64,000 bases of DNA from an uncultured Acidimicrobiia bacterium (GCA_963792405.1 CAWBVU010000005.1:113472-177471); one strand, 5' to 3'. Shown: positions 38,163-47,625, counted from the first letter of the stretch. Notes: generated from the letters alone by a model not told the origin. Program-made: numbers and translations.

Positions 38163-39125
38163 TCACACGACGATCGGGGTCTCGAATCCCCGCGGCTTCA
38201 CGGCGAGCACCGAGGCCTCGATCGTGCCGAGCACGCGCTCGGCCGTATTGCCCATGAAGACCCCCCTGAGGCCCGCTCGGGCCAGCGTCCCCATCACCAC
38301 GACGCCGGGTCGGTGTGTCTCGAGGAGGCTGGGGATCACGATACCCGGTTCACCCTTCTCGAGGTGCACCTCGATGGGCACGTCGGGCCGGGGCCCCGTT
38401 TCGAGCAGCCGCTTGAGGCCCATCGTGGCGATCTGGTGCTCCTCGGTGACCATGGCGTCGATCTGCTCGGCTGGCGGCCTCACCCGTCCCCTCCTCAGCA
38501 ACGACTCGCCCTCCAGCCTCCATGCGTGGATGACGTGCAGCACACCGAGGCGTCTGGCGGCGAGGGAGGAGGCCAGCTCGAGCAGGATGAGGTTCAGCGA
38601 CTCGCCATGGATCCCATCGTCGAACGGCCCCACGGCCACGGCGACATCGGGACTCTCACCGTCCCTTCCGGAGTCGACCCACACCGGCACGGGACACTTG
38701 CGCAGCAGATGCATCGCCAACGACGAGCCGGCGAGGCCGGGAACGCGGGTGGTGGGCGTGCCACCGACCATCACGAGGTCGTGGCCGTCACGGATGACCT
38801 TTCTGATGACCTCGACGAAATCCGTGCCGGCCGCCACGTCGACGTCCGCCGGTGGTGCCCCCGTACCCACCACGGTCCCGTCGGAGGAGGTTGCGGAGGC
38901 GATGTCGACGAGTTCCTCGCGCCTCGCATCGAGGAGGAAGCTGCGCACGTCGAAGACCTCGCCATCCCGCAGCACCACCCGGCGCTCCGCACGCTCGGAG
39001 TCCACGACGCCGAACAGCGTGACGCGACCATCGTTGCGTCGCGCGAGATCGACGGCGCGGGCGACGAGCCGCTCGGTGCCGTCGCCCTGCGTGGCGACGA
39101 CGAGGATGTTCCTGAACCGCTTCAT
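38163..39125 (-). CDS. tandem-domain universal stress protein
   Basis: 320 aa. Two USP domains, with VVVMGTLARAGLRGVFMGNTAERVLGTIEASVLAVKP at the C-terminus. ATGA overlap with the upstream regulator stop. Confidence 0.85.
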   Translation of the reverse strand: MKRFRNILVVATQGDGTERLVARAVDLARRNDGRVTLFGVVDSERAERRVVLRDGEVFDVRSFLLDARREELVDIASATSSDGTVVGTGAPPADVDVAAGTDFVEVIRKVIRDGHDLVMVGGTPTTRVPGLAGSSLAMHLLRKCPVPVWVDSGRDGESPDVAVAVGPFDDGIHGESLNLILLELASSLAARRLGVLHVIHAWRLEGESLLRRGRVRPPAEQIDAMVTEEHQIATMGLKRLLETGPRPDVPIEVHLEKGEPGIVIPSLLETHRPGVVVMGTLARAGLRGVFMGNTAERVLGTIEASVLAVKPRGFETPIVV

Positions 39126-39448
39126 CTCGAACCTCCCGTTCGGGATACCTCGATGCGGGGCGCCCCCTGACGGACGGAGCCCAATGACGCCACGTCCAGA
39201 TGGCGCTCCATCGGATGCGGTGACTTACGCACCGTGTCGACCTCGTAGCGGTTCCTCCTCCCCACCTTCGTGTGGGAGAGGAAGCCCGAGGCCTCGAGCT
39301 CCCCGATGATGCGCTGTGCGGCGCGCTCGGTGATGCCCGCCCTCGCCGCGATGTCCCGGATGCGAATCTCCGGCTGCTCGGCGATGCACATGAGCACATG
39401 GCCATGGTTGGTGAGCAGGGCCCAACCGACGTCGCTCCGTTCCCTCAT
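39122..39448 (-). CDS. small winged-HTH transcriptional regulator (paralogue 1)
   Basis: 108 aa from ATG 39448, preceded by GAGGAG at a 6-nt spacing. IRDIAARAGITERAAQRIIGELEASGFLSHTKVGRRNRYEV is wHTH-like. Paralogous to 47104-47391. Confidence 0.75.
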   Translation of the reverse strand: MRERSDVGWALLTNHGHVLMCIAEQPEIRIRDIAARAGITERAAQRIIGELEASGFLSHTKVGRRNRYEVDTVRKSPHPMERHLDVASLGSVRQGAPRIEVSRTGGSR

Positions 39449-39487
39449 GACAGACTCCTCATACCTGATACTCATTACATGAAACGT

Positions 39488-39517
39488 TTGACAGCACTTT
39501 ATAACATGCGATAGTAT
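39488..39517 (+). promoter_or_regulatory. sigma70/SigA-like promoter for the kef-mrp operon
   Basis: TTGACA (39488-39493), 18 nt, TAGTAT (39512-39517) in a conspicuously AT-rich 111-bp divergent intergenic region. A TTGCGT-16-TATAAA candidate lies on the opposite strand. Confidence 0.4.
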
Positions 39518-39559
39518 TCACGCAACTCATTTCGTACGACAAGGGACGGAGGGCCTCCC

Positions 39560-41389
39560 GTGAGCCTCGATGTGCTGAACCTGCTGCTGGTTCTCCTTGC
39601 CGCGCTCGCAGGCGGCTGGCTCGCCCAGCGCCTCGGGTACCCCGCGATCCTCGGCGAGCTCGGCGCCGGCATCATCCTCGGCCCTCCCCTGCTCGGACTG
39701 CTCCAGGCCGACGATGCGCTGACGGTGATCGGCAAGCTCGGAGTCGTCCTGCTGATGCTGTACATCGGCCTCCACCTCGACCCGCGCGACATCGGCAACG
39801 CATCCAGGGCCGGCGCCTATGCCGCGGTCGGAGGCTTCATCGTCCCTGCAGCACTGGGATTCGGACTCATGATGGTCGTCGACGGCGACCCGATCGCCGC
39901 GACGTTCGTCGCGGTGGCGATGGGCGTCACGTCATTGGCCACGAAGTCGAGGATCCTGGTCGACCTGGGCATCCTCCACACTCGCATCGCCCACGTCCTG
40001 ATGGCAGGTGCGCTCTTCTCCGACATCGCGGCACTGATCATCTTCGCCGCCGTCCTCGGCCTTGCCGCGACCGGGACGATCGCCGTTGGCGGCATTGCTC
40101 TCGCTGCGCTCAAGGCGGGCGTGTTCCTGTTGGGCACATGGATCATCGGGACCCGACTGTTCCCGATCATCGGCATGCGTCTCGCATCCAGGAACGCCGA
40201 TGTCTCGATGGTCACCTTCGTGGCCGTGCTCGCCGGACTCGCCTTCGCCGCCGCAGCCGATGCCGCGGGCCTTCATGCGATCCTCGGCGCCTTCCTCGCA
40301 GGGCTCTACATCCGTGAGGGCGTCCTCCCCCACAACCACCTCTCCGGCGTGGAGCGCAGGATGAAGGGCGTCTCCGTCGGGCTCCTCGCACCAGTGTTCT
40401 TCGTGACGGCGGGATTCCAGGTCTCCTTCGACGTGTTCACCGAGGCGCCGATGCTGCTCGCGCTCGTCATCGTGCTCGCGACCGTGGGCAAGATCGTCGG
40501 GACGGCCGTCTTCTATCTGCCCACCGGGTACGGGTTCCGGGAGGGACTCGCGGTCGGGGCGGGGATGAACGGACGCGGTGCGGTCGAGATCATCGTCGCA
40601 GAGATCGCCCTCGCCGCCGGCCTCATCGATGCAACGGTGTTCTCGATCCTGGTCTTCATGGCGATCGCGACGACCGCGACCGTGCCGATCCTGCTCACCG
40701 CTGCGGTCCGCCACCTCAAGGGCAGGGGCGAGCTGGTCGCCGACGACCGCGAGGGCGTCATCATCGTCGGCGCAGGACCGACCGCAAGGGAGGTCGCGAA
40801 GCACCTCGAGCCCGGCTCCGTCACCGTCATCGACACCAACCCGAACCACTGCAGGGATGCCGAGGCGATGGACCTCCGTGTGGTCAAGGGCAACGCTCTC
40901 GATGTCGACGTCCTCGACGAGGCGGGCGCGGCCAATGCCAAGGCCCTCCTCGCCGTCACCGCCAACGGCGAGGTCAACCTCCTCGCGGCCAGGATCGCCA
41001 CCGATCGGTTCGGCGTCCCGGAGATCCTCGTCGCCATGCCACCGCACACCACCAACGGCATGCACGAGATGCTCGACGAGATCGGCGCACGGCTCATGTT
41101 CGGACGCACCACGGACCTCACGACATGGGACACCGACATCGAGCGCGGCGACGTGACCGAGATCGTCGTGACCGTCGCGACACCGGAGGAGGTCCTCACC
41201 GCGGGCACGCCGGTCGGACCGACCGCTGCGAGCATGGAGAGCCTCCCCATCGTCGTGCGCACGCGCGAAGGCGGCGTCACCGCCTTCAGCCAGGAACGGG
41301 ACCTCACACCCGACGATCGCATCGTGGCGCTCGGACGCCCGAGCGGGTCCCGAACCTCCCACCACGACCCCATCGCCACCGCAGACTGA
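39560..41389 (+). CDS. CPA2-family cation:proton antiporter with C-terminal RCK (TrkA-N/TrkA-C) domains (Kef-like)
   Basis: 609 aa from a GTG start. Na_H_exchanger N-terminus (GYPAILGELGAGIILGP), 12-13 TM, then Rossmann IIVGAGPTAREVAKHL and a TrkA-C-like tail. Confidence 0.88.
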   Translation: MSLDVLNLLLVLLAALAGGWLAQRLGYPAILGELGAGIILGPPLLGLLQADDALTVIGKLGVVLLMLYIGLHLDPRDIGNASRAGAYAAVGGFIVPAALGFGLMMVVDGDPIAATFVAVAMGVTSLATKSRILVDLGILHTRIAHVLMAGALFSDIAALIIFAAVLGLAATGTIAVGGIALAALKAGVFLLGTWIIGTRLFPIIGMRLASRNADVSMVTFVAVLAGLAFAAAADAAGLHAILGAFLAGLYIREGVLPHNHLSGVERRMKGVSVGLLAPVFFVTAGFQVSFDVFTEAPMLLALVIVLATVGKIVGTAVFYLPTGYGFREGLAVGAGMNGRGAVEIIVAEIALAAGLIDATVFSILVFMAIATTATVPILLTAAVRHLKGRGELVADDREGVIIVGAGPTAREVAKHLEPGSVTVIDTNPNHCRDAEAMDLRVVKGNALDVDVLDEAGAANAKALLAVTANGEVNLLAARIATDRFGVPEILVAMPPHTTNGMHEMLDEIGARLMFGRTTDLTTWDTDIERGDVTEIVVTVATPEEVLTAGTPVGPTAASMESLPIVVRTREGGVTAFSQERDLTPDDRIVALGRPSGSRTSHHDPIATAD

Positions 41390-41432
41390 GCACACCACCC
41401 CACCCGCCGACGAGGCAGATCGCCAGTACCCC

Positions 41433-43697
41433 ATGCCGCTCATCGTCTCCATCTCCGCCTACGTCGCCGTCATCCCCCTGATCTGGGGGCTGAGCGGTCG
41501 GCTCCCCCGCGCCGTCGTCCCTGTGGCCGCGGCGCCGTACGTCGGCCAACTCCTCCTCGTGGCGTCGATCACGCTCGGATGGGTCGAGGGAGGCGACGAG
41601 TTCATCGACTGGATCCCGTCCCTGGGTGTGGCGATCGGCGTGACGACGGACGCATTCGCCCTCGCCATGACGGCGATCGTCGCAGGCATCGGCCTCCTGA
41701 TCGTGATCTACTCCGCCGGCTACTTCTCGGATCCCTCGAGGAGGGCCCGATTCCTCGCGTGGATGTCGCTGTTCACCGCCGGCATGGCGGGCATCGTGGC
41801 ATCGGACGAGCTGATCGGACTCTTCGTCTTCTGGGAGATCACGACGGTGGCGTCGTACCTGCTCATCGGCTTCGACGACGAGAAAGCGGCGGCACGGGCG
41901 GCCGCCCTCCAGGCGATCCTCGTCACGACGCTCGGCGGTCTGGCGATGCTCGCGGGCTTCATCCTCCTTGCCATGGCATCGGGAACGACGAGCATCCCGG
42001 AGATCGTGGGCGATCCCCCGACCGGCACGACCGTGTCGATCGCGCTCGTGCTGGTCTTCCTCGGAGCCTTCACGAAGTCGGCGCAGTTCCCATTCCACTT
42101 CTGGCTCCCCGGTGCGATGGCCGCACCGACACCGGCGTCGGCCTTCCTCCACTCGGCGACCATGGTCAAGGCCGGCGTCGTCCTCCTCCTTCTCCTCGCC
42201 CCTGGCTTTGCGACGACCACCGTGTGGACGTGGACGGTGCCCGCCGTCGGCCTCATCACGATGATGGTCGGAGCGGTCGCCGCCATCGGCCAGCGCGACC
42301 TCAAGCTGCTCCTGGCACACGGGACCGTGAGCCAGCTCGGCTTCATGACGGCACTGATCGGCATGGGCCACACGGCTGCGGCATTCGGTGTGCTCATCGC
42401 GCACTCGCTCTTCAAGGCGTCGCTCTTCCTCGTCACGGGCATCGTCGACACGTCGACCGGCACACGCGACATCGGGGTGCTGTCGGGGGTCGGTCGTCGC
42501 ATGCCGGTGGTCGCCACGGCAGGGGCCGTCGCCGCCGCATCCATGGCGGGCGTTCCGCCGATGCTCGGGTTCGTGTCGAAGGAGGCAGCCTTCGACGTCC
42601 TCATCGCGTCCGGCGACTGGCTCTCGCTCACGGTGATCGCGGCCGCGTCGGTCGCGACGGTGGCGTATGCCGCTCGCTGGTGGTTCGGCGCCTTCGGCAG
42701 CCGCCCGCACATCGATGAGGTCACCGTGACACCTCCCAGGCCCACGATGCTGTTCGCTCCCGTCCTCCTCGGAGGACTCACGGTCGGGTTCGGGCTCTTC
42801 CCCCTGCCGGTCGCGGACGCCGTGAAGGCCGCCGTCGGCCAGAGCGTCAAACTCGTACTCTGGCCCGGCTTCACGACGGCGTTGGCGCTTTCGACCCTCG
42901 TCCTGGCAGCGGGTTCATGGCTCTACCTGACACTCGCGCGACCCGGCCAGCCTCTGGACGCGCCGACGCGCAGGCGCCTTCCCTCGATGGCTGCGGGGTA
43001 TGAGGCAGCGGTGAGGAGCCTCATCCGCACGGCTGACACCGTCACGGGCATCGTGCAGAACGGCTCGCTTCCCGTATACCTCGCGGTGATCGTCGTATCG
43101 GTCCTCGCAGTACCCGCCGCGACATGGCTGTTCACGTGGGACTCGTCGATCTCGGTGCCGCTGTGGAACCGACCCGCGGAGCTCGCCCTCGCGGTGATCG
43201 CCGCAGCGGGGGCCATCGCCGCGACGAGGGCACAGCGACGGATGGCGGCCGCGCTCATGATCGGAGTGGTGGGCTACGCGATCGCCGGCATCTTCGTGAT
43301 CTTCTCGGCTCCCGACCTCGCGCTCACGCAGCTCCTGATCGAGACCCTGACCGTTGCGCTGTTCGCCCTCGTCCTCGCGAAGTTGCCGAGGCGGTTCGGC
43401 GCGGAGCCACGATCCCTCTCCCTCAGGGCCAGGATCGCCGTTGCCCTCTTCGCAGGCACCGTCATCACGTTCGCCGCCCTCGCCACGTCGACGGTGACAC
43501 CCGACCGTTCCATCGCAGACGACTATGTGGCGCTGTCGCCGGAGGCTGGTGGCACGAACGTCGTGAACATCGTCCTGACGAACTTCCGAGCCCTCGACAC
43601 CCTCGGTGAGATCACGGTGCTGGTCGCTGCCGGCGTCGGGATCGGAGCCCTCGTGGGATCGAGGCGGACGCGTGCGGAGAGGCGCGGACCGTCATGA
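41433..43697 (+). CDS. mrpA: Mrp/Mnh antiporter subunit A (NuoL-like)
   Basis: 754 aa. NuoL/MnhA N-terminus (LFVFWEITTVASYLLIGF, FPFHFWLPGAMAAPTP) plus the C-terminal MnhA extension. Confidence 0.9.
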   Translation: MPLIVSISAYVAVIPLIWGLSGRLPRAVVPVAAAPYVGQLLLVASITLGWVEGGDEFIDWIPSLGVAIGVTTDAFALAMTAIVAGIGLLIVIYSAGYFSDPSRRARFLAWMSLFTAGMAGIVASDELIGLFVFWEITTVASYLLIGFDDEKAAARAAALQAILVTTLGGLAMLAGFILLAMASGTTSIPEIVGDPPTGTTVSIALVLVFLGAFTKSAQFPFHFWLPGAMAAPTPASAFLHSATMVKAGVVLLLLLAPGFATTTVWTWTVPAVGLITMMVGAVAAIGQRDLKLLLAHGTVSQLGFMTALIGMGHTAAAFGVLIAHSLFKASLFLVTGIVDTSTGTRDIGVLSGVGRRMPVVATAGAVAAASMAGVPPMLGFVSKEAAFDVLIASGDWLSLTVIAAASVATVAYAARWWFGAFGSRPHIDEVTVTPPRPTMLFAPVLLGGLTVGFGLFPLPVADAVKAAVGQSVKLVLWPGFTTALALSTLVLAAGSWLYLTLARPGQPLDAPTRRRLPSMAAGYEAAVRSLIRTADTVTGIVQNGSLPVYLAVIVVSVLAVPAATWLFTWDSSISVPLWNRPAELALAVIAAAGAIAATRAQRRMAAALMIGVVGYAIAGIFVIFSAPDLALTQLLIETLTVALFALVLAKLPRRFGAEPRSLSLRARIAVALFAGTVITFAALATSTVTPDRSIADDYVALSPEAGGTNVVNIVLTNFRALDTLGEITVLVAAGVGIGALVGSRRTRAERRGPS

Positions 43698-44122
43698 GGA
43701 TCCGCTTCTCGCCGCTGCTGTCCACCGGAACCCAGACCATGGTTCCGACGCTGATGCTGTTCTCCCTGTACCTGCTCGTGGTCGGCCATGACGTTCCCGG
43801 CGGAGGGTTCGCAGGTGGCCTCATCGCGTCCACGGGCCTGCTCCTGATCTTCCTCGCGTTCGGGAGGAGGGGCCTTCGCCGAGCCCTCCCCATCGAACCG
43901 CAGACCGCCATGGGGATCGGGCTGATCCTCGCGATCGCGGCGGGACTCATCGGTCTCGTCTTCGGCGGGGCGTTCCTCACCTACGAGTTCGCACAGTGGA
44001 CGATGCCCATCATCGGCGATGTCAAGGTGTCGACCCTGCTGCTGTTCGATCTCGGCGTGTACGTCGTCGTGATCGGACTCGTGACGACCGCCATCCTCGA
44101 CCTCGGATCGGATCCATCATGA
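43694..44122 (+). CDS. mrpB: Mrp/Mnh antiporter subunit B
   Basis: 142 aa. The GHDVPGGGFAGGL motif is typical of the MnhB domain. ATGA overlap with mrpA. Confidence 0.85.
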   Translation: MRIRFSPLLSTGTQTMVPTLMLFSLYLLVVGHDVPGGGFAGGLIASTGLLLIFLAFGRRGLRRALPIEPQTAMGIGLILAIAAGLIGLVFGGAFLTYEFAQWTMPIIGDVKVSTLLLFDLGVYVVVIGLVTTAILDLGSDPS

Positions 44123-44481
44123 GCTGGACGATCGCACTCACCGCGGGCATCCTCTTCGGCGCAGGAACGTACCTCATCCTCCAGCGGCTGCTGAGCCGCA
44201 TCATCGTGGGGCTCGCCCTCATCGCCCATGCCGCGAACCTGATCCTCCTGGGCGCCGGCGGTCCCCCCGGCCAGCCCCCCGTGCTCGACGAGGCGAGCGC
44301 AGGGCCGTACTCGGATCCCCTCGAGCAGGCTCTCGTGCTGACCGCGATCGTGATCACCTTCGGCATCACGGCGTTCCTCCTCGCCCTCGCATATCGCACG
44401 TGGACGGTGCAGGGATCCGACGAGGTCGAGGACGACACGGAGGATCTCCGCATCGCACACAGGGGTGAGGGCACACCATGA
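44119..44481 (+). CDS. mrpC: Mrp/Mnh antiporter subunit C (NuoK-like)
   Basis: 120 aa from ATG 44119 (ATGA overlap with the mrpB stop). 3 TM, NuoK-like. Confidence 0.85.
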   Translation: MSWTIALTAGILFGAGTYLILQRLLSRIIVGLALIAHAANLILLGAGGPPGQPPVLDEASAGPYSDPLEQALVLTAIVITFGITAFLLALAYRTWTVQGSDEVEDDTEDLRIAHRGEGTP

Positions 44482-45950
44482 CGAGCATCGTCACCCTGTC
44501 CGTCGCGATCCCGATCCTCGCAGGCGCACTCACCCTCGTCGTCGGACGCAGGCTCTTCGTCCAGCGTGCCATCAGCCTGACCGCGAGCGGCGCGTCCGCG
44601 GCGATCGCCGCAGTGGTGCTCGTCGCCGTCGACGACGGCGGCACGGTCGTCGTGGATGTCGGCGGTTGGAGGCCGCCACTCGGGATCGTGCTCGTCGCCG
44701 ACCGCCTCTCGGCGCTCTTGCTCGTCGCATCGACCGTCGCCCTGTTCGCCGTGCTGATCTACGCGGTGAGTCAGCGGGCGAACGACGAGGGCTTCAGGGG
44801 ATTCCATGCCGTCTACCAGATCCTCGGTGCGGGGGTTGCCCTGGCCCTCCTCACGGGAGACCTCTTCACGCTGTTCGTGGCCTTCGAGATCATGCTCACG
44901 GCCAGCTACGTGCTCCTGACGCATCGGGCGGACGGCACCGAGACCCGCCCAGCGATCAGCTACGTGGTCATCGGCCTCGTCGCCTCCGCCCTGTTCCTCG
45001 TGGCGATCGGGCTCATCTACGGCGTCACGGGAACCGTGAACATGACGGACCTCGCCGGCCGCCTCGACGCTGTCCCTCCCGGTGTGCGGCAGGGCCTCGG
45101 ATGGCTGCTGTTCATGGTCTTCGGCATCAAGGCCGCCATCTTCCCCCTCTTCTTCTGGCTGCCGGACTCATATCCGGTGGCGCCCACGCCGGTGACCGCG
45201 CTGTTCGCGGGACTGCTGACCAAGATCGGCGTCTACGCGATCATCCGAACCCAGACGCTGCTCTTCCCCACCGATGGCCCATCGACCTTCATCCTGGTCA
45301 TCGCGGGCCTGACGATGGTCGTCGGTGTGCTCGGCGCCATCGCACAGACCGACATCAAACGCATCCTGTCGTTCCACATCGTCAGCCAGATCGGATACAT
45401 GATCATGGGCCTCGGCTTCGGAACCGTCGCAGGCGTGGCCGCGGCGATCGTGTTCATCGTGCACCAGATCATCGTCAAGGCATCGCTGTTCCTGGTCGGC
45501 GGACTCGTCGAGGACTCCGAGGGCACCGGTGCGATCGACGCCGTCAATGGCGTCGCCCGCCGATCGCCGATCATCGCAGCCCTGTTCCTCCCCGCAGCCC
45601 TCAGCCTCGCGGGATTCCCTCCGTTCTCGGGCTTCATCGGCAAGCTTGCGCTCGTGGAAGCGGGATTCGCCGTGGACGCCTGGATCATCGTCGGTGTCTC
45701 GCTCGCCGCGAGCGTCCTCACGCTCTTCTCGATGACGAAGATCTGGGCGGGCGTGTTCTGGGGGACGCCCAACACCACGGAGCGGCGCGTCACGCCTCGC
45801 GGCATGGCAGCGGCCACCGCCGCCCTCGTCGCGGTCAGCATCGTCATCGCGATCGCCGCTGAGCCGATCGTCGCCTACGCCGAGCGGGCTGCAGACGACC
45901 TGCTCATCGCCCGTGACGTCGCTGCGATGACAGGGGGTGCATCCCGATGA
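44478..45950 (+). CDS. mrpD: Mrp/Mnh antiporter subunit D (NuoM/N-like)
   Basis: 490 aa. Proton-pumping antiporter-like fold (FEIMLTASYVLL, FPLFFWLPDSYPVAPTPV). ATGA overlap with mrpC. Confidence 0.9.
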   Translation: MTSIVTLSVAIPILAGALTLVVGRRLFVQRAISLTASGASAAIAAVVLVAVDDGGTVVVDVGGWRPPLGIVLVADRLSALLLVASTVALFAVLIYAVSQRANDEGFRGFHAVYQILGAGVALALLTGDLFTLFVAFEIMLTASYVLLTHRADGTETRPAISYVVIGLVASALFLVAIGLIYGVTGTVNMTDLAGRLDAVPPGVRQGLGWLLFMVFGIKAAIFPLFFWLPDSYPVAPTPVTALFAGLLTKIGVYAIIRTQTLLFPTDGPSTFILVIAGLTMVVGVLGAIAQTDIKRILSFHIVSQIGYMIMGLGFGTVAGVAAAIVFIVHQIIVKASLFLVGGLVEDSEGTGAIDAVNGVARRSPIIAALFLPAALSLAGFPPFSGFIGKLALVEAGFAVDAWIIVGVSLAASVLTLFSMTKIWAGVFWGTPNTTERRVTPRGMAAATAALVAVSIVIAIAAEPIVAYAERAADDLLIARDVAAMTGGASR

Positions 45951-46210
45951 CCATCGCCACCGTCGTCGCGTCCGTGCTGCTCGCCCTCGCCGCGGCGAGT
46001 GCCCTGATACGCGTCGTGCGCGGCCCGTCGGTCGCCGATCGCATGGTTGCGCTCGACACGCTCCTGTTCGTCGGCGTGGGCGGCCTCGGGCTCTACATCG
46101 TCGCCACCGGGGACACGACGTACCTCGCCGTCCTCGTCGTCGCCGTGCTCACCGCGTTCATCAGCACGGTCGTCGTCGCCCGGTACATCGAAGAGGAGAC
46201 GGATCGATGA
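45947..46210 (+). CDS. mrpF: Mrp/Mnh antiporter subunit F
   Basis: 87 aa. The RGPSVADRMVALDT motif matches MnhF. ATGA overlap with mrpD. It occupies the position where mrpE is normally found. Confidence 0.8.
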   Translation: MTIATVVASVLLALAAASALIRVVRGPSVADRMVALDTLLFVGVGGLGLYIVATGDTTYLAVLVVAVLTAFISTVVVARYIEEETDR

Positions 46211-47094
46211 TCATCGACGTCATCGGGGGCTCACTCGTCGTGGTCGGCTCGGCCCTCACGGCGCTCGGTGCATTCGGCCTGATCAGATTCCCCGACGTGT
46301 TCACGCGGATGCACGCTGCCACGAAGGCCGCCACAGTGGGGGTCATCGCCATGACGATGGCGGCCAGCATCGAGGCGGGCGCCCTCAGCGGGACGCTGAT
46401 CCTGCTGATCGTCGTCGCTCTGCTGTTCCTGTCCGGACCCCTCGGCATGAGCCTCCTCGCACGGGCGGCCTACCACGACCCCGAGACACCGAGGGCCGCG
46501 TCGACCCTCGAGCTCGACGTGCAGCTCCCGATTCACGAGTCGACGACCACGACCAGGGTGGGAGGCCTGAGCCCACTCCTCGCGGTGTGGCTGTTCGTCG
46601 GGTGGATCGCCGCGTTCGGATCCCTGGCGCCGCCGATCGTCCTCAGCGGTGCCGTCGTCGCCACGGGCATCGCCTACGCCTTCCGTGGCCTCGCACCGAG
46701 GTGGCCGAGGGCCCTCGTCCACCCCGTCGCCGCGTGGCGCTTCCTCGTGTACTTCTCCGGCCAGATGGCGGTGTCGACCTGGGACGTGATCACTGCCCTC
46801 CGGTTGCGCCCGGATCAGATCCGCCCTGCGATCCTCGAGGTCCCGCTCAGGGTCCGCACACGGAATGAGGTGACCCTGCTGATGAACTCCCTGTCGTTCA
46901 CCCCCGGCACCGTCGCCCTCGAGCTCCACGACCACCACCTGTACGTCCATGTGCTGGATGCCAGGGACCCCGACGCGATCGTGAGGGACATCGCAACGAT
47001 GGAGTCGATGATCATCGCGGCGTTCGGAGGCGGGCGACGGAACGGCGACGGTGGAGACGCCCCGATGGCACGCTCAGGCGAGGACCTGCCTTAG
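46207..47094 (+). CDS. mrpG: fused Mrp/Mnh subunits G (N-terminal) and E (C-terminal)
   Basis: 295 aa from ATG 46207 (ATGA overlap with mrpF). The N-terminal GLIRFPDVFTRMHAATKAATVG matches MnhG. The C-terminal SLSFTPGTVALELHDHHLYVHVLDA..IVRDI matches MnhE (TPGT...H.D pattern). Confidence 0.8.
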   Translation: MIIDVIGGSLVVVGSALTALGAFGLIRFPDVFTRMHAATKAATVGVIAMTMAASIEAGALSGTLILLIVVALLFLSGPLGMSLLARAAYHDPETPRAASTLELDVQLPIHESTTTTRVGGLSPLLAVWLFVGWIAAFGSLAPPIVLSGAVVATGIAYAFRGLAPRWPRALVHPVAAWRFLVYFSGQMAVSTWDVITALRLRPDQIRPAILEVPLRVRTRNEVTLLMNSLSFTPGTVALELHDHHLYVHVLDARDPDAIVRDIATMESMIIAAFGGGRRNGDGGDAPMARSGEDLP

Positions 47095-47103
47095 GATCTG
47101 ACG

Positions 47104-47391
47104 ATGGCAGGGACGAACGGTTGGACCTTCCTCACGAACCACTCCCATGTGCTGCTGTGCATCGCGGAGGACCCCGACGTCCTCATCCGTGAGGTCGCGG
47201 ACCGGGTGGGGATCACGGAGCGGGCGACGCAACGCATCGTCGCGGAACTCGAGGAAGCCGGGTACCTGTCGCACCAGCGTGTGGGCAGGCGGAACCACTA
47301 TGAGGTGCACGCCGAGCTCCCGCTACGCCACCCACTCGAGGATCACCTCGAGATCGGCGCCATCCTTCGCGTCCTCACCGAGGGCTCCTAG
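47104..47391 (+). CDS. small winged-HTH transcriptional regulator (paralogue 2)
   Basis: 95 aa, starting 9 nt after the mrpG-E stop. WTFLTNHSHVLLCIAEDPDVLIREVADRVGITERATQRIVAELEEAGYLSHQRVGRRNHYEV is about two-thirds identical by eye to 39122-39448. Confidence 0.75.
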   Translation: MAGTNGWTFLTNHSHVLLCIAEDPDVLIREVADRVGITERATQRIVAELEEAGYLSHQRVGRRNHYEVHAELPLRHPLEDHLEIGAILRVLTEGS

Positions 47392-47448
47392 CCGCTGAGG
47401 GCGGCCTGCATCCCGCCTCGCCGCTTCCTCAGAGGTGTTCGAGCACCC

Positions 47449-47477
47449 TTGACACGACATGCAATACGTGCTATCTT
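47449..47477 (+). promoter_or_regulatory. near-consensus promoter upstream of a 35-codon sORF
   Basis: TTGACA (47449-47454), 17 nt, TATCTT (47472-47477) in an AT-rich patch. Confidence 0.45.
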
Positions 47478-47517
47478 TTTCGTGTTATATCGTTCGGTAC
47501 TCGAAGGAGGTGGAACG

Positions 47518-47625
47518 ATGCACCGTGGTCGCCCGACCGATGACACGATGCGTGACCTGTGGCTCCGCGTCGCCTTCCTCGTCCTCCTCTTCGGTGCCCT
47601 GGTGATCTACTCGGTCGTGGTGTGA
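47518..47625 (+). CDS. 35-aa single-TM small protein (not in ORF track, below 60 aa)
   Basis: ATG 47518 preceded by AGGAGG (47505-47510) at a 7-nt spacing. Product MHRGRPTDDTMRDLWLRVAFLVLLFGALVIYSVVV. High GC3. Confidence 0.45.
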   Translation: MHRGRPTDDTMRDLWLRVAFLVLLFGALVIYSVVV

